This document shows, piece after piece, positions 23,001 through 34,078 of a stretch of DNA of 64,000 bases. The notes under the pieces were generated by a model. That model was not told the DNA's origin. It saw nothing but the letters and a program-made list of their open reading frames with translations, and ran no database searches. Origin of the DNA: Spizellomyces punctatus DAOM BR117 (lineage: Eukaryota); assembly GCA_000182565.2 (NCBI GenBank), contig KQ257451.1, one strand, 5' to 3'. Position 1 is the stretch's first letter. Each line of letters opens with the position of its first letter. The position numbers and the translations under genes are program-made.

Positions 23001-25745
23001 ATGTGTCCGCCCCAAGGCACTTCCTCCAAGCGCTCACCGACCATTCCCCTTATTCCCATCGGCGATAGACGACTTGGTTGTGGCAACCCACAAGGTCTTC
23101 CCTCCAATGTCGCACGAGAGTACCTCCAGCAACACCATGACTTTACAGACGATCTTTTATCACTTCCTGGCATGGTGCAGATTGAGGATCTCGATGCCAT
23201 GTTCCGTGAAATGGTCGACATGGGCAAGTTTGAGGAAGGATTGGGATTTGAGGAGACAGTTGTTGTCGAGGTTGAGGATGAGAGAAAACGTCAGAGTGGG
23301 CCTGTGATACATAGAGAGGGAGAGAGTAGGGCTAGTGGCGCTGGCAAGGTGAAGAAGAAAACAGCAGCATTGAGGAAAAAAGTGGATGCTGCAAGAAAGA
23401 CCGTTGAAGGCTGTCCCGTGGGAATTGATGGGAATCCAGTAACAACACGGGTCGAGCAGCAAGTTCAGCAGCAACAGCAACAGCTTATTTTTCAAGCCCA
23501 AGCCCAATCTGCCGGTGAATGTCTCCTACTTGGATCTCTACCCGGGATTGACCGGCCGCCCTCAAGCGTCACATCTACAGGCACTACAGCATCAGGTGAA
23601 GAAATCGTGCGCAAGGACTGCAAACGAAGGAAAGTGTGTCAAGCATGTATCCTCTGTCGCAAAGCCCACATGTCGTGCGACGAGGCACGCCCATGTGGGA
23701 GATGCGTTAGAAAGGGCATGGCACATCTGTGCATGGACGCACCGAAACGTGGAGAACTACCCAAACCCTGCAATACCTGCCCCGTAACTATCCGACCTGC
23801 ACCAGTCAAATCCCGTTCGACGGAATTTAAGTTGGCCCCAAGATTGGTATCGGGGCCATTAGCTGCTATTGGGCTGACGCCGCCTTTGACAATTGAGACG
23901 GTGGGCGGTGCGCTGATGTCTGCATCTGCAGGCAGTGCTCCATCAACACCGCTAGCTGGGGACATGCTACCAGTGAGTGCGACCACGGAAAGTCCGTCGA
24001 TTACAACCACCACATCAGGCAACACTATTACCTCTTCCACCGCACTTTCATCATTGCAGCCTTTCGCATCCCAGCAGCTCTCGTTTGTTGGATTATTGAA
24101 TGGGAAGGACATAGTGCCTCCTACTCCCGCACCGTCTACCTCAACCAGCCTAAACTCTAATGTGGCCTTTAACGGCACAGCATCTTTCAACCCCAGCATC
24201 CAGCAACCATTCACCGCACTGGCAGAAGCTACTTTCAAGACTCCACTCCCATCCGCAAATCTCTCTGCCCTACCACCCGGACTACTATCTTTTGCATCAC
24301 ACTCCACCACGGTACCACCCCCTCGACAATCACCTGTATTTGACGAACACGTAATTCCCAAGCGAGAAATTACACCTTCCTCGCCATACCAATCGCATCC
24401 GTCCTTTTCACCTAATCCAGGGTCCAGATCTGTCACACCAGGGACGCCAAACTCAACTCACACATCTCTGGCTCCGTCAACGATTACCAATGACACACCT
24501 CCACCGCCATCAACCTCATCAAAACATCAGCAACAGCAACAGCAACTGGGATCCGGTCCTCAGCAAGCCCAGCCCTGTGCCAACTTTGTATACTCGGCAC
24601 CAAGCTTCCCTCAACCCCCCAATAACTTTTTCGCCAGCGCCTCAGTTGGATCCGAATTTGCCGCTCTGGCCGAACTCTGGTCAGCCGTCTCTGCTACCAC
24701 CGGAGACGAACTCCCGACATCCTCCGCTCCCCACGCATGCACAGGCAAAGGTAGCTCCCGGTGTATGACCTGTCCCTTCACCACCCTCGAAAAGTTTTAC
24801 CTGACGGCCGCCGGTGATCAACCTTCAAACCTCTTCCAGGCTAGTGACCGGCTAGCTCACGTGTTGGACGCCAAACGCAGCGCCGGGCTTCTCAATCCCC
24901 ACGATTACACAACCGGCTACGCTCGACTGGGACACCACCTCTCAACGCAATGCACAGCAATGTCCCGCCAACGCATCTTATCTGTCGTCTCAGCCTTTCA
25001 AACAGGTTTTGCAGCGCTAGCCCGAACGGTCACCGATGCCGAACTCCTCGCTTCCGAAGAAATCTTTGAGCGACTCTGTTTAGAGTACGACCTGGCCTTT
25101 TCCATCCAAGGTGTTCCGTCCGCCCTGTGGCGCCGTACTGGCGAAATCGTCCGTGCAAACCAAAGCTTTGCCGACCTTGTCGGCCTCCCACTCTCCATCC
25201 TCTCCGAAGGAAAAGTATGCGTCTACGAACTGTTAAATGAAGAATCCGGCGTCAATTACTGGGAACGGTTTGGACGCGTTGCATTTGATCCAGAAGAAAA
25301 AGGATGGATGGGGCTCGCTACGCTTCGCAAATCCCGTGGCATCGTCAACGAACAGGAAATAAAATGTGCATATTCGGTTACGGTGCGGAGAGATAATGTG
25401 GGTGTTCCCCTCGTTTGTGCCGGAAACTTTTTGAGAAGTGAGCGAGTTGAGAGCGCTTGTGATGTCATACCAGATTGGGTTAGAGAGGGATGTGAAGTTG
25501 CTGAGAGGGCTCGAAAAAAGGCGAGCCAGAAGGAGGGAAATGTACCTGCTGCATCTATAGCTGCGCCCCCTGTTGCACCCTTTGTTCCGTCTACACCTCA
25601 CCCACCGCTCGGAACACCGCAACCGGAAAGCACCGTGTCCGCCGACATTGAAAACCTCGTAGGCATAGTGGGCGGACCAGGGGGAATGGAAGGCGATATG
25701 CTTCGGAGGATGTTGGAGGATTTGCTCGGTGTGGCAAGAACGTGA
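23001..25745 (+). CDS. Zn(II)2Cys6 transcription factor with C-terminal PAS domain (RDS2/ERT1, AcuM/AcuK family)
   Basis: CILCRKAHMSCDEARPCGRCVRKGMAHLC; LEKFYLTAA, GLLNPHDYTTGYARL, GVPSALWRRTGEIVRANQSFADLVG, SGVNYWERF, VPLVCAGNFL. First ATG at 23001. Confidence 0.92.
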   Translation: MCPPQGTSSKRSPTIPLIPIGDRRLGCGNPQGLPSNVAREYLQQHHDFTDDLLSLPGMVQIEDLDAMFREMVDMGKFEEGLGFEETVVVEVEDERKRQSGPVIHREGESRASGAGKVKKKTAALRKKVDAARKTVEGCPVGIDGNPVTTRVEQQVQQQQQQLIFQAQAQSAGECLLLGSLPGIDRPPSSVTSTGTTASGEEIVRKDCKRRKVCQACILCRKAHMSCDEARPCGRCVRKGMAHLCMDAPKRGELPKPCNTCPVTIRPAPVKSRSTEFKLAPRLVSGPLAAIGLTPPLTIETVGGALMSASAGSAPSTPLAGDMLPVSATTESPSITTTTSGNTITSSTALSSLQPFASQQLSFVGLLNGKDIVPPTPAPSTSTSLNSNVAFNGTASFNPSIQQPFTALAEATFKTPLPSANLSALPPGLLSFASHSTTVPPPRQSPVFDEHVIPKREITPSSPYQSHPSFSPNPGSRSVTPGTPNSTHTSLAPSTITNDTPPPPSTSSKHQQQQQQLGSGPQQAQPCANFVYSAPSFPQPPNNFFASASVGSEFAALAELWSAVSATTGDELPTSSAPHACTGKGSSRCMTCPFTTLEKFYLTAAGDQPSNLFQASDRLAHVLDAKRSAGLLNPHDYTTGYARLGHHLSTQCTAMSRQRILSVVSAFQTGFAALARTVTDAELLASEEIFERLCLEYDLAFSIQGVPSALWRRTGEIVRANQSFADLVGLPLSILSEGKVCVYELLNEESGVNYWERFGRVAFDPEEKGWMGLATLRKSRGIVNEQEIKCAYSVTVRRDNVGVPLVCAGNFLRSERVESACDVIPDWVREGCEVAERARKKASQKEGNVPAASIAAPPVAPFVPSTPHPPLGTPQPESTVSADIENLVGIVGGPGGMEGDMLRRMLEDLLGVART

Positions 25746-26159
25746 GTTTTGGCTCCTTTTGTATCTCTGTAAAATAGTTTATTATCTTTGGTTTATATGT
25801 TATTTTTGCACGATGTTCCCAAAGGTAAGAATACATTGGGACAATAGATATCGAGGCGATGATCTGTTTTTAGCGATACTCATTTTCATGTCTTTAACTT
25901 GACATTCATTCTCGCTGTCATTGGCAATCTTTAATGAACGTGTATGAAAAATGCTATTCACATTCTTGACCCTCCAATGACACATCTCTATACAAGAAAA
26001 GCAAAACAATGCCATCACGCCTCCACCACACACCGTATGAACCTACTAGATTGAAACATTTCCCTCCCCATTGACCTACACCACAAAGCCATCTCCCCAC
26101 ATTCGACCCAAACTTTGTACAAAAAAGGCCTCAACAACCTTTAACCCAGCGACAACTCA

Positions 26160-29023
26160 TTACCCTAAAAACACAATAACAGCAGCAGGCAACCCAGGTC
26201 TGTCTGTTCCCAGCCTTGCATCAGCCGGAGCAGTAGCCGTTTGTTCCTGACCGCCACCCAGTCGTCCAGGGAACATATCCATAAGACGTCTCAAGAATCC
26301 ACCACGACGGGGTTCGTTCCCTGCTTCCTCAGGTGTTGGCGATGTTTGGGTTGTTGTCGTTGTTGTTGTTGGCGTGGTTGTGGACGGTGGGTTGAAGGTT
26401 TGACCTCCAAACATGTTGGGTGGAGCCTCCTGGCTTGCGGGGCTGTGAACAGCTTTGTCGCGGCAGAGCGGACATGAATTATGGTATTGTGTTAGCCACT
26501 AAATGGATTCCAAATGAGTCAGCGAGAGGATGGACAAGTAGAAAACAACAGCTAATTACCAACCTGATCCAAGCACTCTCTGTGAAACCCGTGACGACAC
26601 CGCATTATCCTCAATTGATCCTCTTCTTCGTACGGCGTCAAACAAATCATGCATTTTTCACGGGTTGATGCCAGTAAATCTTTGATACCCCATTGCACAG
26701 GCTCTGTTTTCACGTCCTTTTCATCCTTGTCCTTCTCCTCTTTGGCCGGATTCTCGACCCTTGGTTCAGCGTGATCGTCAATATCCATAGAGACTACCGA
26801 GGACGTATCATCTACTCTTTGTTTGCCCTTTGCATCATCTTTATCGTCCCCAGCAGCTTCATTCGAATGCCATATGACTGTCGGTAGCTGCGCCTCTACA
26901 TCCGATTGCTCCGCATTACGTGGTCGCGCGGGGCCCAAGACTTCTGCCAATCGTAACAAGTCTTCATAGCTCATTCCATTTCCAGCATTTTCAGCGCCGG
27001 TGGCAATATCTAGGCTCAATGTACCGCCCAAAAGGCCTCCAGGCCCGTTCATGGAACCTTCCCGTAACATGTTGCTCACTAATTGGAGAATAATGGTGAT
27101 GGCAAAGTCCTCAACAACATTGCGACCTCCAGGACGTTGGGTTGCGGTTGCTGGATCTGCATTGGTATCTGTTGTGGTATTGGGGTTGAGGGTATCCGTT
27201 GTGGGAAGTGGCATGGTAAAAGGACTAGAGCCATCGAGATTTGTTGAGGCTGGCGGGGCATCGGGTCGAATAGCATCCACTGCTCCTGTACTCTGTCCTC
27301 CCGTGAACAGGTGAGTCAATGGAGGCATTCCAGCTGGAATCGAGCTTAGAATGTCGGCAAATGGATTTCGATCACGGGAATCACCTTCGGCAGGTTGTGT
27401 AGGAAACAATGGCACTGGTGTCGGTGCTTCAGGTGAAGCGCCAGGGATGGGTACATTCGAGGCTGCAGTTGGGCCAGCAGTTGCATCTCCCGTTCGCCTT
27501 CGATTAGGAATAAAGTAGATCATAAACTGAATACTCCTCCTAGCGGACGGGTTGGCAGGGTCCTGACCAGGTGTACCCTCAGCATTCGCTTCACCCGCAG
27601 GCTGTTCAGGAGCAGAAGTATTCGTCGTGGATGGGGTTGCTTCAGCCGGCGCAGGCGCTGGCACTGGTGGTGTTGAAAGGAGCGACTCAGCAAATGAGGC
27701 GACAGAGGGATTACCTTCATTACCCAACTCTCCAAAGAGTCGACTTGCACGATCGTCCGTTGCGTTTTGGGCAGCGGCTTCAGGAGCAGTTTCACCCGTT
27801 GCGTTTGCTTCCATTGTTGGAACGCTCTGCCCATTTGCCAGACGAACTGCACGTCCAATCAAAATCAAGACCGGCACGGGACTGCGTCTAGATGCTCCTC
27901 CATCTGCGTCCTCGGCCTCTCGTCCCCTACGACCGCGAAGTGCTCTAAGAAAAGATGACAAGCCCGCTGGTCCTTCTGCTGGTGACATTTGTATTGTGCC
28001 AGCACCCGGAGGTGGAGAGCGAAGAAATTGTAGCAAATCAGTTAAATTTGCAGACTGCATGCCTGCAGGCGGCTGGATTCTATCGCTCGCGGTAGGGGTA
28101 GCAGTTGCCGTTCCGGCACTGCTGGTATTATTGTTGCTAGTAGTGGTGGTATTTCTTCCATCAACAGAGGGTAACCCAGACATGATGGCCTCTAATAGAC
28201 TTCTGACAAATCTTCGGCGAATAGTGGAGGCTGGTCGAGCGAGTCCCGGAACGTCCGATGAATCTACACTTGAAGATGTTCCAACGGAACTGTCGGTTGA
28301 TGATCGTGGAGGTGCGGGGGAAGATGGTTGTAGAGGAGGTGGTGGTTGGGCTGGTGATAAGGGTGACCACGACTGCGACCCAGGGAAGCCAAACATTTCA
28401 TTAAAACCGGGCAGGGTAGGTCCTATAAGAAGAAAAAGTTTATAAGTATTTAAAACTTGCCAAGCACACATCCGCTGTAACCACATACGTTGACTATCCT
28501 CAACTTGTACAGATTGGTCCTGCTGACTCTCGTTTTGATGATCAACGTCCATCATAGCCTCCTCTTCATTTCTCGTAGAATCCACAGGACGTCTCTCAGA
28601 AGGTGTCCTCAATCTCCTCAAAACTCTTAAATTTCTCCTGTCATTCCCATCCCCAAGAGCATCCATCACACCTCGACTCTCGTTTCTGAAAATGAGAGAA
28701 GGCGGAACAAGTGGAGAGATACTAAACAGTTGGCGCCTACGGGCACGACTCGAGTGGCGGTGTACGTTGGAAGACGACGAGGACGAGGAAGAGGACGAAG
28801 ACGATGTTGAAGTGGAATACAAGTGTGAATTGTGTTGCGCAGATGAAGTAGAAGACGAAGAAGACGAAGAGGAGTCGGTGGACAAAGAAGTCTGTATACT
28901 AGGGAATGCGTCGTCGACTGCGGGTGGCGGGTGATTAGTTGCTTGAAGACTGCTCTCGCGAGCTTCATCGTAGTCCGCAGCCGGCGCCGATGGTGACGAG
29001 GAGGACGAAAGTTGGTTTCCCAT
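26160..29023 (-). CDS. RING-H2 E3 ubiquitin ligase with predicted N-myristoylation and a long disordered region
   Basis: Start MGNQLSS; MSYEDLLRLAEVLGPARP; CMICLTPYEEEDQLRIMRCRHGFHRECLDQ|WLTQYHNSCPLCR. Confidence 0.9.
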
Positions 29024-29226
29024 TTTCCTCCTGTAATATTCTAAAGCGCTAAAGGCAAACCAACTGTCTCCCTGCAGGAAATCAAACCGAAACGCAAGCA
29101 ACGATAAGCGACGTAATTCTACAAAAAAACGCCCTAAAAAAGCCCTTCCCGTCCAAGTCCTTTGGCAAATCAATCGGGACGCCCCCCCGCATGATGCGTT
29201 GCAAAGTCCGCCTGCCGTCCACTCAT

Positions 29227-29263
29227 GTTGTCATAGCAACGGCATGACTCACTTGATTAGTCA
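29227..29263. promoter_or_regulatory. Candidate RFX X-box plus AP-1/Yap-type sites in the divergent RING/GNAT promoter
   Basis: GTTGTCATAGCAAC 29227-29240, TGACTCA 29245-29251, TTAGTCA 29257-29263. Confidence 0.5.
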
Positions 29264-29318
29264 TCGGAACAGTTTATCGCTAATCAAAAGTCTTATTTGG
29301 GAAGGATAAACAAAAAGC

Positions 29319-29850
29319 ATGCACAAAAACATGGAGCGTTTGGACGACTATTCTATTCGAAAAATAACATCCAAACAAGATTTTGAAAAGGCCATCGACA
29401 TTAGAGTGCAAGTATTTGTAGAGGAACAGGTTACTTTTAAATCAGTCTTTGAGCATAGCGCCCCATTTTTTAAAGTTATTTTAGAACTGTCCGCCAGATA
29501 CCGAACCAGATGCTCACGACGACCACTGCATTCACTTTCTCGCCTATCATAACTCTATCCCCGTCGCAACGGCCCGTCTCCTACCACTTCCCCAACACAC
29601 AGGACCTCGTAAACGAGGAAAGCCAGGGCGCATTTGTGTCCTGAAACAATATAGATCAAAAGGTCTCGGATCACGTATCTTGGGGGCCCTCGAAGAAGAG
29701 GCCCTTGAAATAGGTCTAGAAGAGTTGGAATTGCATGCTCAATGCGATAAGGTTGCGTTTTACGAACGGCATGGGTACAATAGAGTAGATGATGACACGT
29801 TCCTCGAGGACGGGATTCTGCATTGTGTCATGATAAAAAGCCTATTGTAA
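29319..29850 (+). CDS. GNAT N-acetyltransferase (ElaA/YjcF-like), one intron
   Basis: AIDIRVQVFVEEQ|NCPPDTEPDAHD...VATARL...GRICVLKQYRSKGLG...LHAQCDKVAFYERHGY...FLEDGILHCVMIK; stop 29848-29850. Confidence 0.9.
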
Positions 29851-30123
29851 AATAAATATACTCGAGCCGTTTGGGGACCCTTGTAACAGTAGGTGAATGC
29901 ACGAAACTAGTATGAAAAACCTTTGCTCCTTTGAACCACACATACAAGCCATTATCTAGATTCTTCAAAATATTCCTAAACACAACTATAAAAGATCATC
30001 CTCTGCTGTCTATAGGGAGCATGAGATAAAAAAAAAAAAGTAAGAAACTACCGTAATGCGCTTTCGCGCAAGTCTATAGATAACCATCCAAGAAACCACG
30101 TCTATCCACTTCCAGCCCGCTTT

Positions 30124-33100
30124 TTACATCCCCTTTTGTTCTTGCTCATCATCGGCATCAGCTTCCATCCATTCTTTATGTTGGGACTCGAGTGATTGGA
30201 GCTAGAAAAAAAAAAAAAAAGATCCATATCGTTGGTATACAGCGACAAGAAAATCACATTCAACAAGGATCGAAGTCTCACCTGTGCTTTTACAGTCCCC
30301 ACTTCCATCTCCAGGATGTGTCGCTCCATCAACAACTCTTTAATCTTTCCATAGGCTTGTACGCTCAGCGCATCAAACCTCTTTCGATCACTGTCCAGAA
30401 CGTCCCGTAATTCCTCCTTCTCTCTCGCTCCTTCACGCACGAGTTCACGCAACCGCACGACTTCTGCCAACAAACTCTGATTCTCGGCTTTAGAAGCATC
30501 CAGATCGGATTGGAGAGTGGAGATGGTCTTTTCCGCAACCTCTTTTGCACTGGTAAGTGACGAGACAGTTGAGAGGGTTTGCGCATGCTTGGTTGACAGC
30601 GTGGTAGCTTCTGCCGACAGTGTCTCCAATTGGGTATTGAGAGCTGCAACAGTCAACACCGTTTGCGTTTGGACTTCCTTCATTGATGCACCACGGGTTT
30701 GGATTTGGACGTGACGGACTTTTTTGCGCGTCCGGGTTGGTGCCGCTACTGGTGGATTACCCGCTGTTGATGTCGACTGTGGCGTTGGCCCAGTACCTGT
30801 GCCGGTTGATACAGGTGTGGGTGATGTAGCCGCAGTGGATGCTGGACTAGGGGTCGCCGCTTCTGACGAAAGGGAAGCCGTGCGGGTTGCGGCGGCTGTC
30901 ATAACGGTCTGGGGCGTTGAGGGAGGAGTGACGGGTGCCGCAACCGGCACTGATGCCGGAGGGGATGTTGTCGTATGAGCATGAGCTGGGGTCGGTTCAG
31001 CAGCAGGTGCCACCGTGGGAGGAGCATGTCCTGTTTGCTGTCCCATTGCAACTCCAGCTCCTACTGCGACCGCAGGGGCACTTTGACTGTTAGTGGGAGC
31101 CCCTTCTCCACCCCGGACTTCATCACCATCTAATGGCTTTCCTGCAGAATACACCAACGAAGATCCCCGCGACGTTATCACCGGTCCCACACCGACACCA
31201 TTCTCTCCGCTTCCACTTCCCTCCCATTGCATCCGTTCCGCTTCCTTGTCCTTCAGTGCTGTAAAAGATGTAGACAATGGCCCGTACTCGAACTCGCCAT
31301 CGGAATCCTCCCAAGCCCCCATCAACTCTTCCACAACCGCAGAAAAACTGACAGTCTTCTTGGGACGTGGTGGTGCCATACCAGGCTTTCGAGTTTTCTC
31401 CGGCCCGACAACATCCGAAATCCCGTACTCAATCATTGCATTCAGCTCGGTGTTTTTGAGCGTTTCTTCGTCTAGATCGTCAAAATCATCAAACCGATCA
31501 TCATCATCGTAGTGATCATCCCAATCGTCATCATCGTCATCATCGTCCGAGAGCAGATAATCATTGCGGTACTCGGGGACGTTGGCCTGGTGCACCATAT
31601 CTTGGGTAACCACATGTGCTGGCGGTTCGACAGAGAGAAATACCTGGTCTTCGAACTTAAAGTTGGACTCAAAAGGAGAGACGTGGAAGGCTTCATCCGG
31701 CATAAGGGATAGCGGGTAGTTCAAGGGCTGCGTCGGCCGTTGATCAACAGCATTCTTTGGTCGCCCTTGCTCACCCAGTCGCCCATGAGGTGAAGGCGAT
31801 CGACGCGGTGGCACGCCTTGCTCTTGTTGTCGCTGAGACTGCGGGTCCTGGTCCATGCGCGGTTGCTGTGGTGGTGAATGATGGACACTCGCACGCTGCT
31901 GAGGCAAAGATTGTTGACGGGGCGGACCAAAGTACGCTTCATACTGTTGCTGTCCTCTGGGTGACGGCGCCCGGAGACCACCTTCCGGTAGCATGGATTC
32001 CGGACGACGTGGTCGGCCGGTTGCAGCTGAAACATCAATGAGAGGTGCCCCGAAACGTCCTTCGTCCTCTGCAATGATGATACTGCGGCGGACTTCGCGA
32101 TTCGATATGTGTGAGGGAACACCAAAATAATCCTTGGAAAGAGGAAAATTGTCATTACCTTACATTGACCATAAAAAAGGCATAGTGATCTCACCTGCTG
32201 TCCTTGCGCTTGATTCTCCTTGTTCGCAAAAGGATCATATGGTATCTTCAACTGAACATGCTTGGGCGGTTGAGCATTCTGCTGGTCCTCTCTCTTATTC
32301 TTCTTTCCAAATCCAAAAAAACCAGTAGACTTTTTCTTTTTCTTTTCCTTATCTTTTTTGGCATCTTTGGCGGATATCACAACACCATCTGGTCCCGTAC
32401 TGCGCAGGAAATCCGCTAGAGACTGCGTTTCGTTCCTTCGAACCGGTGGCGTGTCCATCAGATCGTCGTCGTAGTTGTCGTGAGACTCTGACAATCGAGG
32501 TGGTGCTGTATTTTGCCGCACTGGATGAGTCCGAGAAGGGATGTGTACGCCGTTAGGCTGTTGTGCGTGTTGCTGCTGGGGATGCTGTGGTTGTTGCTGT
32601 CCAGGAGTGGACACGTAATCGTAAAAAGCAGATTGCGAAGCCAGAGCTCTGTCAATAGAATTATCTGACAGGTCGTCTTCGGACTGATATCGTCGGTCTG
32701 AGGATAAGGTGATCCTAGTCGTAGCAGTATTGTTTTCCAAAATTCTCTCAAACTCTTCTGCAGTCATGACCTTGCCAGCCTTGGCACCCTGCTGCTGCTG
32801 CTGTTGTTTCTGTAGCTGCACCTGTTGGGCATTGCCAGTACCGTAACTTCCCTTACCCTGATAACGAACAACGACAAATGTATCGGCGGGCAAGAACACA
32901 GAAAAGTGCCCGGCAAGTTTCCAACAAAGGACGGAAGCAAAGTGGATGGTGCGTCCCAACGTTCAATTTCCATCACACGGTCATTGTGCAAGTGTGAAAA
33001 AGGGCGGGAGAGCGCGAAAGGCGATGATTACGTAATGACGGTTCAGATGGTAAGGAGAAGAAAAGGGCACACGAGGTAGAAGGACGAGCACAAACGAGGA

Positions 33101-33289
33101 CGGAGAGAGTAAGACAGCAGCAAGAAGAGGAAAACAGATGGTTAATCAAACGCTGACGAAAGGATTCCATCACAGTACAACGACACTGAATTTCCCCCGC
33201 TTCCTCCTTCCCTCCTCCTCCTCTTTATACGCGCCAGGGGCAAGGGCGCCGAACGGAACGTTGGGCGGGAGGACACCCCCGTCCATCAT
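30124..33289 (-). CDS. Hypothetical disordered scaffold protein with a C-terminal coiled coil (5' exon uncertain)
   Basis: Long ORFs 31721-32959 and 30102-31994 joined by introns; SLADFLRSTGP, acidic tract, A/T/P-rich linker, heptad region; last exon LESQHKEWMEADADDEQEQKGM*. Start tentatively MMDGGVLPPNVPF. Confidence 0.7.
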
Positions 33290-34078
33290 GTCTACGAGTT
33301 ATACCAAAAACCCGCTCCAGTTTCCATGCCTCTGTTCGCCTCCACAAAACCATATACAACTCCATAAAATGTAATAAGCTCGCACACTCGCCTGCAAACT
33401 TACCCTTCGATCCATCTCGACTAACGTTTCCTCTAGAGCCACGACCTCCTGGCAAGAGAGACTTGGTGGTGCTCACGAATTGATCGATCCCCCAAAATAG
33501 AGCGGGCAGGATGGGACGAACAAGAATAAAAACAAAAAGAAACTCCCGTCCCAGCAAAATACTCGGTAAAAGTCCAGCTGCGCTGGCGAAACAAGGCCGA
33601 TCTATCGAAAAACTCGCAATGGATCTAACGTCCAAGCGTAAAAGACACCTGCCGTAAAGAAATAACGTCCCAAATCGACAGCAACTTGTTCAAAAGACGA
33701 CAATCCACACACTTGCTCCTACGACTAGCCCAAAGCCCATCTTTACCCAAAAGGCAAGTGTGAAAAGTAACACTTCAGGTGTTCCTTCCCCCGGTTCGAA
33801 GGCCCAGCCAAAAGCGGCAAGATTAGGGGTTGAAACGGCGTTTCATGCGGCAATGGCTTAGCCTCTGATGGAGAGGCTTGGCTGATGAGGTCAGCAGAAA
33901 TGTTTGCCCTCCGACCATTTATATATTTTGCTGTTTTATTTTGTTTGCTGCTTGTTGAAATGACGTTACGGACAAGCGAAACACACTATTTTACAATATG
34001 GTACAGAGGAGACATTTTTTTGTTCTTTTTTCTTCTGTTACTGTGTAAGGCTAGGTTTTGCCACCCTTGCTTTCATTT

